A DNA stretch of 64,000 nucleotides from NCBI GenBank assembly GCA_020137815.1, contig CM035357.1:2666001-2730000 (forward strand), read 5' to 3'. The position numbers and the translations under genes are program-made. Each line of letters opens with the position of its first letter. Position 1 is the first letter of the stretch. The stretch comes from Hormiphora californensis (Eukaryota; Animalia; Ctenophora). Under the pieces are notes generated by a model. It had not been told where the DNA came from. It searched no databases and worked only from the letters and a program-made list of their open reading frames with translations. Of the stretch, positions 14,002 through 28,200 are shown piece by piece.

Positions 14002-15658
14002 TGAGAGAGGAGATGGATCAGAGTCTACCGCTAAGTGAAGTTATAACCATGGCCAGCCTTGGGAAAATGGTACTTAGGCGCCTAAGTACCCTTTTCCTCA
14101 AAAGTTATGGTTTATAAGGACATTCCAAACTATAGGACCCTACTGCATGTTCATTGGTCTATATATCTTGCCCAATTATTTTAACTATCTACTTCTTCTA
14201 GTTAGGAACACTATTGGTGCGCGGTCGTGCCCACGGAAGGAGTGCTTGGATCATCTTGAAACCGGTTTTAAGTTAACTAATGCATATCCAAAAGTGTCTG
14301 TAGCTATTTGGGTGATGTTCTGACAATCCAATCACGAGTTATGACCAAAAAACAGTCAAAAAAGACGTTTTAAAGTGACAAAAAGGAGGACCTGAACACA
14401 GCCCTTATATGAAGGGTTGGGGCTATGAAACTTCTTGAGTGGACATAGAATCGTCCAAATTTGCAGTGTCAACTTTGGAATAGTTTCTATCTTTTGTAGT
14501 TATCTAATTAGAGCCGTTCAAACATGTGAGACGATCTGCAAAACAGGGTTATTTGGTACTGTTTCCACCCCATATTGCTTGCTCTCACCGCTTGTATGCT
14601 TTAATCTGCTCTCTAATTGGGTAAATCTCGTCAAGTGATCACTTCACAAGCAAAAATACACAGTATTAGAGGCCCCTACAGCATCTTCTCACATGTTTAA
14701 ACAGCTCTAATTAGATAACTACAAAAGATAGAAACTATTCCAAAGTTGACACTGCAAATTTGGACGATTCTCTGTCCACTCAAGAAGTTTCATAGCCCCA
14801 ACCCTTCATACAAGGTGGCCCATAAATTATGAGGCCGGGGGACGAGCTGTACCTCCGAAACGGTGATAGTTGTGCAAAAACAAACTACGGGAACATGCTG
14901 GAACAATTCCTTGGTAACTTTTTGCAGATTTTAAGTTTTTTATTCAAAAGTTCATTTTTCATTCATGAACTATTTACACGTTCATTAATGAATTAAGGAC
15001 TCTAATTTACCGAGAGTGAGCCATTTTGTTTGGGTTGAATTTATCTTTCCAATGAGCACCATGAAAATCAAATTGAAGCACCAGGTCACATGGCAGTTGA
15101 GAAAATGCACATGCATGATTTTGGCTCTTCCTGCGACTTTCAATCAGCTGTATCACGGCTACCTTTTGTGTATAAGGGCTGTGTTCAGGTCCTCCTTTTT
15201 GTCACTTTAAAACGTCTTTTTTGACTGTTTTTTGGTCATAACTCGTGATTGGATTGTCAGAACATCACCCAAATAGCTACAGACACTTTTGGATATGCAT
15301 TAGTTAACTTAAAACCGGTTTCAAGATGATCCAAGCACTCCTTCCGTGGGCACGACCGCGCACCAATAGTGTTCCTAACTATTCACCAGGGGTAGCCATG
15401 GTAGTGGACACTTTTCTGTTGAACCTCGTGTATATGTTCTTAGTAGTTTTGGGTTAGCTAATAGTTTGAAGTGTCAGAAACTAGAAGATCTGTTTTTGAG
15501 TTTATTAAGAATCTATTAGTGTCATTTTTTAGAATAATGAGTCAAAATTACAAAGATTTAGTACTATAACTAATCGATAAGTCATATATATCCATTATAT
15601 CAACCACAGGATACCAATTTGTACATTTCCGCCTGTCTATCATTTCTTTCTCTCTCTT

Positions 15659-15695
<37 letters not shown>

Positions 15696-15966
15696 TTCTA
15701 TCGTTCTATCCTTCTTCGATGTCTATGTCTCTCTTCACTTTTCTCTGTCTACACTTCCCCTTTATCTATCTCTCTCGCTTCAACCCTACCCTTTATCGTT
15801 CTAACGTGTTTCTTGAACAACGGACAGTTGTTGACCGCTTTGTGGTATACACACTTAGAAATAGATATCCGAGTATGATTCGATGGTTTGGCGCTCTCTC
15901 TCTTCTCTCGTGCTCTGTCTATCACTCTCTATCTTTCTTTCTTTCTCTCTATCTTTCTCTCTCTCA

Positions 15967-16023
<57 letters not shown>

Positions 16024-16218
16024 ACTTTTTACAGCTACTTTACTTCGATCGTTGTGTAAGTAGTACGAAGTCTAAATGCGGACTCTACATTTGAGATGTT
16101 ATATTGTTATTCAGCCCTTCGGTGGAAATTTCCAACTTAATCAGCTCCTTAGTTACCCTACTATTGCCATGTAGTTAGTTTTTCCTATCTACTACTATAC
16201 ATACTCTTTCTCCGACTA

Positions 16219-16280
<62 letters not shown>

Positions 16281-19200
16281 ATCTCTTTCCCTGAGCTCGT
16301 TCTCTATATAATCACATGTTTCTAGCAATTGTCTACACTGTATTAAATGCAATTGGCCGCACATAAAGAACGACGAGCTACTAGATAACCTCTACAACTT
16401 GAGAGATTTCCAGTGGATCTGAACATTCGCCATCATGATTTTTGTGTTGCTTCTAACAGTGGCAGCTGTGGGAAGAGTTTCTGGAGACCTGAAAGAACTC
16501 ACCGATAACCTGGAAAATCTTGCCAAGGTTCGTGTCAAATGAATATCCGCTTGAGAAATTGTTTTCCGATTTACAGCGCAAAACAATTTCCCCCGAGCAT
16601 CCCGGTAACTCGAGGGGTCCGACTGTATTACTAAGTTTCATCTAAATATAAACCCTTTACCAGGCCATTAGCTGTACGCTCAAGACGATCCATGATAATT
16701 CCACTGCCTACGAAAGTCTCCGGTGGAACTACTCCTTCAGACTTCTTAAAGACGAACCCTTTAACAACACAGATGCCATCTTCAACTCGATCAGAACGTC
16801 AATCGAGAACACGGTGTCCACCCGGAAATCTAGACTACTGAAGAAAGTTACCTTTCTGGAGAACCAGCTGACAACCTACAGAAAGGTCAAAAAGAACCTA
16901 CGGTATTTGGATAGCGATTACCAAAGGCGAAATAAAACCATGGGATTTACCGTTGGGATATCCGATGATTTTCCGTATGCTGTGAACGAATCCAGTGCCA
17001 TCTTCATGCCCCTTGTCACTGTGATAGATGAACCGATAAAGCGAGATATTGGGTGGACTGCAGCGTTGGATCGAAGTACCAAAATGCAGGGGTATTTCGT
17101 GGGCACGGTCAACGGTGTCCTCCGGTTCTACCCTGGTGCACACTGGCCAACAGATTCTGACATGTACGATTGTAGACTACAAAGTTGGTTCCTCCAGGTG
17201 GCTACCAGTCGACACGACATTGCCTTCCTGATCGACCGGAGTGGAAGTGTATCTGGAATAACTTTGCGGACGATAAAGAGGATTTCCAAGTTGCTAATTA
17301 ATGTTATCCCAGAGTCCCATCGCTTCAACGTGTTTCTCTTCAATAATGATACGGTTCCTCTCTTGGATTCCTGTGGGGACACAGCATCCCCATTTGACCC
17401 ACTCCCTCCTACACGACGAGTAAAATCTGCTATGCTGGAAGCCTTGGATGGAATTGAAGCAAAACTCCCAGGGTTGTTCAACGAAGCTCTCCTGTCACTT
17501 CAAAGCTCGTTTTTTAACAAGAGTTTGGCAGATAAAACATGTAAACGGATGATCGTTCTGTTCACCGACGGCAAGATTGATTTTAGCGTTGAGAAAGTAA
17601 AACAAACTCTCCAATCCCTGAATGTTCGTCTCCTGGTCCTTGATTTCTCGAGCCCCCTGTCCCGAGGTCCCAACAAACAACTCCAAGAGATGGCCTGTGC
17701 GGTTAAGGGACATTACGTGTTTGTTCAGCGCATCTCGGACTGGTTCGCTGTTTCTGACATGTTCTTTGATACGGTTTGTGCTAGATCTCTCCTGACAGAA
17801 CCCAACTTTACCGGTCCGGTCATATCTGAACCAACCACGACGTTCTACAACAGAAAGTCCATGGTTATGTCTCATGCCCTGTTCAACCGATCCACTAATC
17901 AGCCGGAATTCAGTGCTGTTCTCGGGACGGAAATCCTTCTCCGGGATTTTGAGTTGTCCCCAATGGACCACGGGGGTCTGATCTATGATTGGGTCACCCT
18001 CCAAAGCGGCCAGATCATCCGACATCCCCAACTGCGGAACAGTGGGAATATTCTGATAAAGGAGTTCATGATTCCCATTCCATTCTCCTGCACTACACCA
18101 TCCTACGCGTTGTACCCGGGAGATGACCCCACAACGTCCCCCGTCCTCAAACTGGGCAAGATACTGAAGCGATCCTTCAATGTGACCCTGCTTGGCACCC
18201 TGGATTTCACTTTGGTCGTCCCCTCCAATGATGAGATGGTGGTCAGGTTAGGACAAAGTGGAAATAGAACTTGGAAGGAGGAACTAAGGGATGCTGATTT
18301 AATTCTACCAGAACTCCAGAGGAAGAATAACCTTTTTATCCGGGTTACACCAAGTCAGGAATACACATTTGACAGGCCCCTGGCAACTTTTGTGGGGTGT
18401 GGCGTAGGGAGTCAAACAGCTATCCTGAAGAGAATTTGTCCTGAGATAAACACCACAGCAATACCAGTTGCTAGGGACTTGTTGACGACACAGCCCGCAT
18501 TTAATCGCTGGAAGATCCTCTCAAAAGATCCCCATCCTGCATACACGAGGGGAAACTTCCTAATAACCCACAATGGAGTGCTAAGATCTACCATCAAGGA
18601 GATCCAATCACCCATACCCCGAGACCATGGCCCTTGGAGAGAGTTTGCAGCTGACCCAGATAGGTTCCCTAATGAGACCCTTCTCGTTACCCCTGACCCC
18701 TCAAACAGGACGCTGCTCTCCAAAAGCATCAAGGGGCGGGGGAGGGTGTTGGCTGTCATGGGAGTGCAGCTTAGGAAGACCTATCTGAGCCGGATGATTA
18801 GCGAGCTACAACGGAGCTACAACCTGAAGGATGGCTACACTGCCTATCTTCTCGACCACCGGGGTTCTGTTGTGTACTCAGACGAGGTTCCTGTGGGCAC
18901 GTTCTTTGGCGAGATCAAACCGGTGGCTTTTGGAAAGCTCCTTAACAAAAACTATTTCACGGCGATGAGTTTTATGGATTGCAGTCGGGAGTGTGAACAA
19001 GATACCGAACAACCGGCATCATCCTCCTTCACCCCCCGTCCCATACTGATCAAGAACCTCCTCCGGGGAATCATCTCCATTCTCATCTCCCTCTCCTCCT
19101 CCGTCCTTGCCTTCATCCACCCTGATGCGACAGTGGTGAAACAGTGCTGCCGAGACATCAACGTGTACCAGCGGAACTTTGAAAAGACAGACAGTTTCAT

Positions 19201-22200
19201 TGAGAGCTATAACAAGTGCGAGGGGGCACAGGTGTCATGTATTGAGGAGATAGCTGTTCACCCCATCCCGGATACCAACCTCATCCTTGTATTGACAGTT
19301 AAAACATCATCCCCCAGCTGTGGGTGTGATATGGAACCTGTACTAAGGGCCACTCCCGCCACGAACAAGTCCACGTGTAATACTGACTCTCTCCAAACGG
19401 CTGATTTGTGTTTTGAGGATGTGCATAATGAGGCTGGGAATTATAGTCATAACGCGTGTCTATTAGATCTCTAGTAGAGAGATATTTAGTGGTCTAGAGA
19501 TCTTAGTCTAGGGCTCTGGAGATTAATTATATTGTATTTTGTTTACTTTAATGTGTAAAATTTTTCATTCAGACAAGATTCGGGTTTTTAAATGGTTGTC
19601 AAGGGAGTCAGTCAGTCAGTCAGTCAGTCAGTCAGTCAGTCAGTCAGTCAGTCAGTCAGTCAGTCAGTCAGTCAGTCAGTCAGTCAGTCAGTCAGTCAGT
19701 CAGTCAGTCAGTCAGTCAGTCAGTCGTCAGTCAGTCGACTATTATCCTTGCTCCACCCAGGCTATCCATGTACCCCCAGTCGCTTAAGTCACCAGGCCTC
19801 CGTCAGGAGTCAGCTTCAGCCAGGTATGATCAGTACAACTGAGTCATCATCAATAGGCTATTATAGACCCGCCCCAAGTTTTACCATCTGCTAATTTGAC
19901 AGTATATACATAGTAGTAACGTTCCTATCACGCTACTGGTAGGTGTGTAAAATCTGGTGGAGTCCCCGACATTAACCCATCTCAGACCCTCCCAGGTCAA
20001 CAGGAGGGCCGAGCGCGTACAGCCCTCTATAACATGTGCCAAGACATACCATAAAACACCATAAAATCCATAGTTTTCAATAGTAGTGAATTTTGAAGCG
20101 AAGTAGTAAGATGAGGTTCTATCTCGTGAAGTCTCGGTTCCAAGTATCGGGGCTGGCAGGGCCAATAACCCAAACCATTAAAAGGGGAGGACGCGACAGC
20201 CCATGAACAATGCCAAAACTCGCAATTAGAAACATAGAATTTTTAGAGTGAGTTTGAAGCCTCGAGTGCTAGAAGGGTTATGCGTGGAAAGTTGAGGTAA
20301 TGTATCATGTGTGGCATGGCATACATAACTATAAGGGTATACGCGTAAAAAAGGTAAAATAATACAGAATCGCAATTAATATAGAAGAAAGTGTGTAGGT
20401 CTTTTTCTTTAGTTGTTAAGCTATGAGTGCTGTGAGTACATTGGATGTACATGAATTGGAATCATACGTATGTTAACATGTATCAGCTACGTAATTAAGG
20501 GTAATTACATGTATTAAAGGTCTAAATAACCCAGAATGATAATTTAAACATATTTGACATATTTGGAGGCCCTGAGACCAGCGGGTGGCCAAATTTAATC
20601 CGGTTTCGGGTCGGCTGACGTAAAAACTCCGCGTTTTGGTCGAGATATTTATTACACTGATTATTGTATGCTGTAACGTGTTATTCTCCGTCGAGTCAGT
20701 ACATCCTAATTCTGGTTCACGAGGCCTCTTCAGTTGCATCTTCACAACAAGCTCTCAAAGCGGGGATCCCTGTCTCTTTTGCCCGTCCAGTGCACCAATT
20801 AAATGGCCCAGCCAATACTGGTCCAATACCAGAGTACTGGTAGTGATACATGGACGAGTGTGAAGTGCAACAGTACCTTTTACCGTCTTGGTCCACTCTC
20901 CGCCTCCACAACATACCAGATTAAAGTGCAGACTGGCAGTAGCACTGGTAAAGTCACTGACTCCACCAATGTGATCACAGCCACCACTCTCCCGAACAGT
21001 AAGTTGTTTAATTAAACTAATTAATAACTTGACCAGCAACTATATTATGGTTCAATACTATAATCAATAATACTGATCTGTACCCATACTAATTATCTTG
21101 GCGTGTGTTATAATATTTGCATTGGCTGTGATTGTCTACGATCTGGCTGTATACCTGGCCCTTATTGATAATCCAGTGTAAGTGATCGAACACAAAGTGA
21201 TAACAGTCCTCCATTACTTACTTTCCATTTTATTTTCACTCCTTCTCCCCACACTCCTTCCCTCCACACTCCTTCTCTCCACTCTCCTTCTCTCCACACT
21301 CCTTCTCTCCACACTCCTTCTCTCCACACTGTAGATGTTCCAGTTTGTATCTTTCATATAAGACAAGGTGTTTTCAAAGCTTCAAAAATTTTGGAATACA
21401 GCACAACAACAGAACATTAAACATATCCTCATCTTAAAAGCAAAGCAAGCATACTTGGATAAATCTGATTATCGCGGTTCTGATCGAAATCTCAATCCCC
21501 TATAGTCTTTTCGGTTGCGTAGGGACTCTGGATATGATTGATTAGACGACAACACCACTGTGCCGACTCAACAACATCAACCGTCCATCATGAATAATTA
21601 ACCGTGTCACCATGCTATTCAATTTCAATCATAAATCAAATCCAAGGGGAACATATGACATTTGGCGTCGAGGGAAAAGGATCATTCATAGTTCAGTAGT
21701 AGTCATGCCAGGTTCTGGAATATAAGCCGATACGCTTCCTTTAGCCGATACGCTTCCTTTAGCCGATACGCTTCCTTTAGCCGATACGCTTCCTTTAACC
21801 GATACGCTGTCTTTAGCCGATACGCTGTCTTTAGCCGATACGCTGTCTTTAGCCGATACGCTGTTTTTAGCCGATACGCTTCCTTTAGCCGATACTCTGT
21901 CTTTAGCCGATACGCTTCCTTTAGCCGATACTCTGTCTTTAGCCGATACGCTTCCTTTAGCCGATACTCTGTCTTTAGCCGATACGCTTCCTTTAGCCGA
22001 TACGCTGTCTTTAGCCGATACGCTTCCTTTAGCCGATACTCTGTCTTTAGCCGATACGCTTCCTTTAGCCGATACACTTCCTTTAGCCGATACACTGTCT
22101 TTAGCCGATACGCTGTCTTTAGCCGATACGCTGTCTTTAGCCGATACGAACTCTTTAGCCGATACGCTTCCTTTAGCCGATACGAACTCTTTAGCCGATA

Positions 22201-25200
22201 CGCTGTTTTTAGCCGATACGCTGTCTTTAGTCGATGCGAGCTCTTTGGCCGATGCACTCTCTTTAGCCTTACAATTACAAGTACAACACTCCGATACGCT
22301 TCTTTTAGCCGATACGAACTCTTTAGCCGATACGCTGTCTTTAGCCGATACACTTCCTTTAGCCGATACGCTGTCTTTAGCCGATACGCTGTCTTTAGCC
22401 GATACGCTGTCTTTAGCCGATACGAACTCTTTAGCCGATACGCTTCCTTTAGCCGATACGAACTCTTTAGCCGATACGCTGTTTTTAGCCGATACGCTGT
22501 CTTTAGTCGATGCGAGCTCTTTGGCCGATGCGCTCTCTTTAGCCTTACAATTACAAGTACAACACTCCGGATTGGTAATTTGAGGTGGTCCTAGGTCCTT
22601 CATTTCTATCCCAGCAGCGCCTCCAGTAGCTATCACAGCAGCAGCGGTATCTTTTATTCCACGAGCCTTTTCCCACAGTTTCCAAAATAAATTCCTAATT
22701 TTGTTCAGCACCACCACCCACTCGTCGAAAAAGATCAATATGGGGTTGATGAGGGAGTTGCAGGGCAGGAAGAAGATGGAGAAGTACCGGTATATGTGTG
22801 AGAAATCAAAGTATTCCGTGTAGTGCATTACACATATGATCATGAAGGGGACCCATGTGATAATGTCTGTAGAGACAATGACGGCTATTTTTCGTTGAAG
22901 TCTCTGGTTTCTCTTTGTCAGGGCGCTGTTGTTTTCACCTCCCGCTGCCCTACTCGATCTTATTGCCAGGATGTTTACCAGAAGGTAGCAGGCTGCAATG
23001 ACAACAACACAAACCAGATTACCTACCTGAACCGCCCCAACATACCACATTTGGGGGTTGTCGAACCTGGTGAAGAAGTTGAAGAGACAGATTCCACTGC
23101 TCCCGTAGAATCCAAGTGGTTTTATCTCGGGGTGGCTCTCGACGAACATGTCCTTGATTAGGTAGATGATGCTCTTCCACAGTAGGCCATCATCTTTGAA
23201 TCTTCCATAATACACCTGGAGCAATTTCGTGTTCGCACTTTTGTCAATGGCCCCGACGAAAAGGTTGTTCTCCTGAAACGTTAGGTGACGGACAAAGTAG
23301 TCCTCGAGTATTGGAAGGAGAGGGACAACTGCCAACAGCAACGCTAGGAACACCACACTGACGATCGACACTCCAAGTTTTGCTGAAAACTTCAACCTCA
23401 GGTCTGTTTTTTGAGGGATTTCCTGCCGGAAGATACCCCGGGCTTTAATGCAGCTAAGGATGGCCATGGAGTAGAGCGAAATGAGGGAGCCAATGGTGGA
23501 GATGACGCCAAGAACTGTACAGTAAACTTTGGTGACCCACTCGAACTGGGATCTGCACGTACTCTTATTAAAGAAGCTATCTCCTACCGCGGCACACAGA
23601 AGGAACGATCCTTGGAGGAAGTCCCCTACCGAAATTACCAGGACAAAAGCTTTGTTGATTCGACCCTGGTCAGTCTTGAGCTGTAAAAACTCAAAGACAC
23701 CTCGAAATAAGACGACGCTGTTCATGCCCACCGCTAATATTCCAAGAAGCCATCCGGAAAGAAGCAAGGTAGATGTCGGGAGAATCTTTGGCTCGCTGGA
23801 GCACTTGTCATTGCACTCATCGGAGAAGTCACGGCAATCGAAGATTTCGTCACATTTCCGAGATTTTGCGATGAACTCCCTGCCCCTTAAAAAGCATCGA
23901 AAGGGGTTTTTTTCCCTTCCCAAATTTCACCCCCTTGGGCCCCCCGAAAATCGTCAACCAGATCGCACACCTTCGAGTATGGGCACCCAAGTTTTTCTTG
24001 AAACCCTAAAACCAAGTTGTTTAAAAGGGTTTCCGTTAAGTCCAGCGAAAACCTCTGGTGACGGGTTTGGCTTCGTGGGGATTGGGAAAACGGTCTTTAG
24101 GGGAAACCCTTGAGAAAGGGGGGTTCTTCCAGGGTTTCCGGGGGGGGGGGGGGGGGACACGGAACGTTAAAAACCCCCGGGAAGGAAACCCCCGCCAAAA
24201 GGGTTTTTTTAAAAACTTTTTAAACCCAAGGGCTTTTTACAAAAGGGAAATCCCCCCGAAAAAAAAGTTTTTTCAGGTGGGGTTTTGGGGCGGGGGGGAA
24301 AGAACAAACTTTTTTAAAAGGGATTCCTTGTGAAAGGGCCCGGGGTCCCCGGAAAATTTTGTGCCCTGGAAATTTTAGAAAGTCCGGGGGAAAAGGGAAT
24401 CTTCCCCAAATTTATAGGGAGCCCCCCTTTTGGGCCCCCCGTAAACCCCCAAAATCCCATCATCCCCCCTTTCCCAAAAGGACCCTTTAAATTGGCGGAA
24501 AAAAAAATCCCCTTCCGGAAATTTTGAAGTTTTTTACGAAAATTCTCGTTTAAAGGTTGTATTGAACGTACCGCCAGTCCTTTCCCCCTCCGCCCCCCTC
24601 AAAACCCAGGGCCCCCATTTTTTAGGGTTTGGATTTCTCACCCCGGGTTCCACAAACCCGTCTGGCATTAATCGATACGGGTTTCCATCCTCCATTTTGG
24701 GCCCTCCCCTTAGACATACCCCCTTGGTGCGGGGGGTGTTCCCACCCACCAACTTGATCAAGGGCATCCCCCCCCGGGGTAAAGGGTTTTTTCCCTTAAA
24801 TTTCCTTTCCGGGTCCTTGGGGGTTTTCCAACCCACCCTTTCGTTGCAAGGCCCCGGGTTTGGTTTTCCTAAAGGGGTTTTTTCCGTTTAAATTTTCCTT
24901 TATGTTAGGGTCAAAAAAAATTTATTTAAACCCCCAGGGAAATGCGGGGTGGTTTTTTAAATTATAAACTGTTCATTTCGCCATGTAACGTCGGGGGAAA
25001 GCACCCTCCCTAAACGGAACCATCTGGGCAGGGGGGGGGACCGGTACAAACGGTTTGGGCAGAGTGAAATTAAAAAATTTAGGATATTTCTTGGGAAATG
25101 GTTTGCAGTAAATGCCGAGTTGCCTACCATAGCAGTTCGCCTCGTCCGAGCACCCACTGCAGGAACATCGGTCATCGCAGAATTGATCTTTCCTTAAGAT

Positions 25201-28200
25201 ATTGTCAGAGCCCTCCCCGGACATCACCAGGTGCCTGTCGATATAGGTTAACGGGCACTCGAATCTATCTTTCATGCTCTCATCACAATCCAGCTCATCA
25301 ATAGAGACGCCATCTAGAGTGTTAAAACAATCTGAAATCTTGTTGCAAATCATGAAGGTTGGAAGGGAACCGCCCCGTGTCCCGATGTAGTCTTTGAAAA
25401 AGAATTTCCGGGAAAAGCGGGGGTTGGCCGCAAATTGGTTTACCAGCTTGCATCGCATCGCCATACAAAAAATCACGTGCCACGCATTTATCTAGCCCAC
25501 AGATCTGATAGGAGGTAACATCACCCCGACAGGGGGGGTGAATGGGGCCAAACCGCCACTTGGGGGTTAAGGGGCCGGGGAAAAGGAGTGCTTTTTGGGG
25601 AAAAAGGGGAAATTGTGTACCAGTGGGTTTTTTAGAAAACACCCTCGCGAAAAATACCGCCCCCTGGAGTCACAAACCCTTCAGTCCGTCCCCCCCCGAA
25701 ACCATTGAACCGCTTCAACCCTTGTCCGCATTTCCCTAAACTGGGCAGGGGTTTTCGGGTAGCTTTCGTAGACCCAAACTGGGCTGCAGGGAGGGAGGAT
25801 TTTTGATCACCATTGCTGCGAAACAGGGTTTAGCCCCTGTGCGATAAAAAATGTCTCGGTTTTTCCTAAACTTCCACAACTTAATTTCCAAAGCAAAATC
25901 AAAAACGTGGGGAACCCCCTGGGCCCTTTTTGTCTCAAACTAATCTCGCTTTAAAGAAAGCCCCTTTTTATATGCCCAGTTTATATGTGACGCGAAAAAT
26001 CCAAAACTAAAACCTCTTTTTCTACCCCTATCCTTTTCCAAAATATTCGTATATAAAATCGCACCCGATCAAGAGTAATAAGGGCCCAAACAAGTTTTCC
26101 CGCCCCATGTGACTTGTTTTACAAATTAATTTTCTTCCCCCTTGAAGCATAAAATAAATGGTTTCAGGGGCTGCTTGATAAAATGGTTTCCCGCTTTAAA
26201 AGCTTTTCCTTTTCTACCCCCCATGATAATTTTTTCCCAAAGAACTCCGTCAAAATTTTTTTCCCTTTCCCCCTTACATGGTTTTAGCAATGAACTTATA
26301 AACCCAAAAACATTCATTGGATTTAAAAATTAAACCCAAAGACCCCCAAAATTTAAACCCACCAAAATTCCCCCATTCATTACTAACAAAAAAACGTACC
26401 CGTCATCCATCAAAATTCTGTAATTTTTCAGGCCGTATTTTCTTCCCGTCAAAATAAAAATAAATCTTAAACCCCTAAAATCTAAAAATGGTCACTCAAC
26501 AATCCCCCTATCAGGGAAATTTTTCCCAAAGTAAACTTTACACTAAACCCTCACCCCCCAACCAACGTATACACAAACTCACCAAAAAAAAAACTCGCCA
26601 AGTCGCTCACCCAATGTAAAAAACCAATGCTTTTCACCTCATTATCATACTGAACACAGTTTTTACTCCAAAAAAAGGAAAGGATTTTTTAAACCCTCAT
26701 TCCTCTCTTTTGGGTTTGGGCCCCCGATGCCTGGTGCCAAAGAGCCCGGAAAAAGGTGTGCCGTCCCGCAAGCACGCCAAAACCGTGGGGGGGAAATGGG
26801 TGTGGTCGGGCCCCGTAGAGACGGACCGACACCTTGGGAAAGGGTGTTCGGGAGGGGGGGAGACGGATGCATCGGGGCGCGCACGAGGGGGCAATCGAAC
26901 CCAATCAACCTACCAACAAACCCCTTAGGACAGAAACCCTACCCTTTATCCACCAAACCTGCCTTGCCCCCTACCTTGTTCCAAAAACAAAACGTTTTCC
27001 TTGTTCCAGATTAAAAATTAACTCAAGGACACTTCCCTTAAAAAAGGGAAAAAAGTTACCTGATCCCACTTAATATAAAAATTTGGAATTTTATTTTGGC
27101 CAGGAGTAGTTGGGGACCCCTGTCGAAAGCCGTTCGGCTCCGCCCCTCGGCGTCGCCGTGGGTTGGAAACCCCGGGCCGGGAGCGTCCTTTAAATAAACT
27201 TTCTCTGCATAAAAGATTGGGGGGCGGCCTTGCTACGGGGGAGTGGTGGACGTGCTGGTGCGCCTAATAAGCGTGCCCGGGGCGGCCGGGCCGCTACGTT
27301 CGGGCAGGCATCGCCAGACGCCCGCAACTACAAACCCAAAAAACGTGGTTTTTCTGCAGGTAAAGTGGAAAAAACACGGGTGTCTTTGGGTCCCGTGATA
27401 GGGATGGGCTGGTCTATTTTTGGTCCATTTGGGGTCAACACGACCAAATTGGGGGCTTGCCAAAGGGGGTGGGTCAGGGGTTTGTTAAATTTAAAACCCT
27501 CCGGGCAGGTATAAAAAGTCTTTTAAAACCCCTTCTTATTTGTTTGGAAAAAGGAAAATTTTTCGTTCCAAAAACACCCCCCGTCCCCCAAACCCCCAGA
27601 AATTTTAAAAACCCCCCCCCCCCCCCCCTCTCCGATTCCCCCCAATATTATTTTCTATATAATTAGAGGATTTTATAATGTTTTTTGTAGCTATTTTTTT
27701 GGGTTCCATTCATCGGGGCCCTAAAATTTTTACAGGGAAAATTGTTTTGGCAAAGAAATTTCGGTCTCAAAACCCCCATTTTTTTGGGGCCAGCCAATTT
27801 TTTTTTCCAAAAGGGTATTTGCCCGTTTTTTTTGTGGTTGGGGCCCCTATGCCGTCGTCTTATCAAAATATGGTCAAAAAATTTAAGTAAAATTTTTTTG
27901 GGGAATTTGGGCCCTTTTTCAATAAAAGTAGGGTTTATTTATCAGGTTTTTGACCGCAAAACCCAAACCCCTTTTGGGGCCGAAAGTTGCTAGATTGGAG
28001 TAGGGGGCCCAAAAAACGCCCGAAAAATGGCCCCCAAAAAGTGATTTCAAATCACCTGTTTTTTGGCATTTTTTTTGAAAAATTCAATTTTTTAAAATTC
28101 AAGGAAAATCCAAAAAACCCCCAAAAAATTAAGGATAAAGGGAGGAAAAAGTTTAATGGGGCAATTTAAACCTTGAACTTAACAAAAGACCAAACCCGGT

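Noticed and set aside
8748-16094. ORFs with SLSLSL or RERERE runs
   Set aside because: Translations of (CT)n/(GA)n microsatellites.
21703-22583. Alternative-frame repeat ORFs (YRLKTA, ADTLSL)
   Set aside because: By-products of a stop-free 18-bp repeat; only the frame fused to the 7TM is supported.
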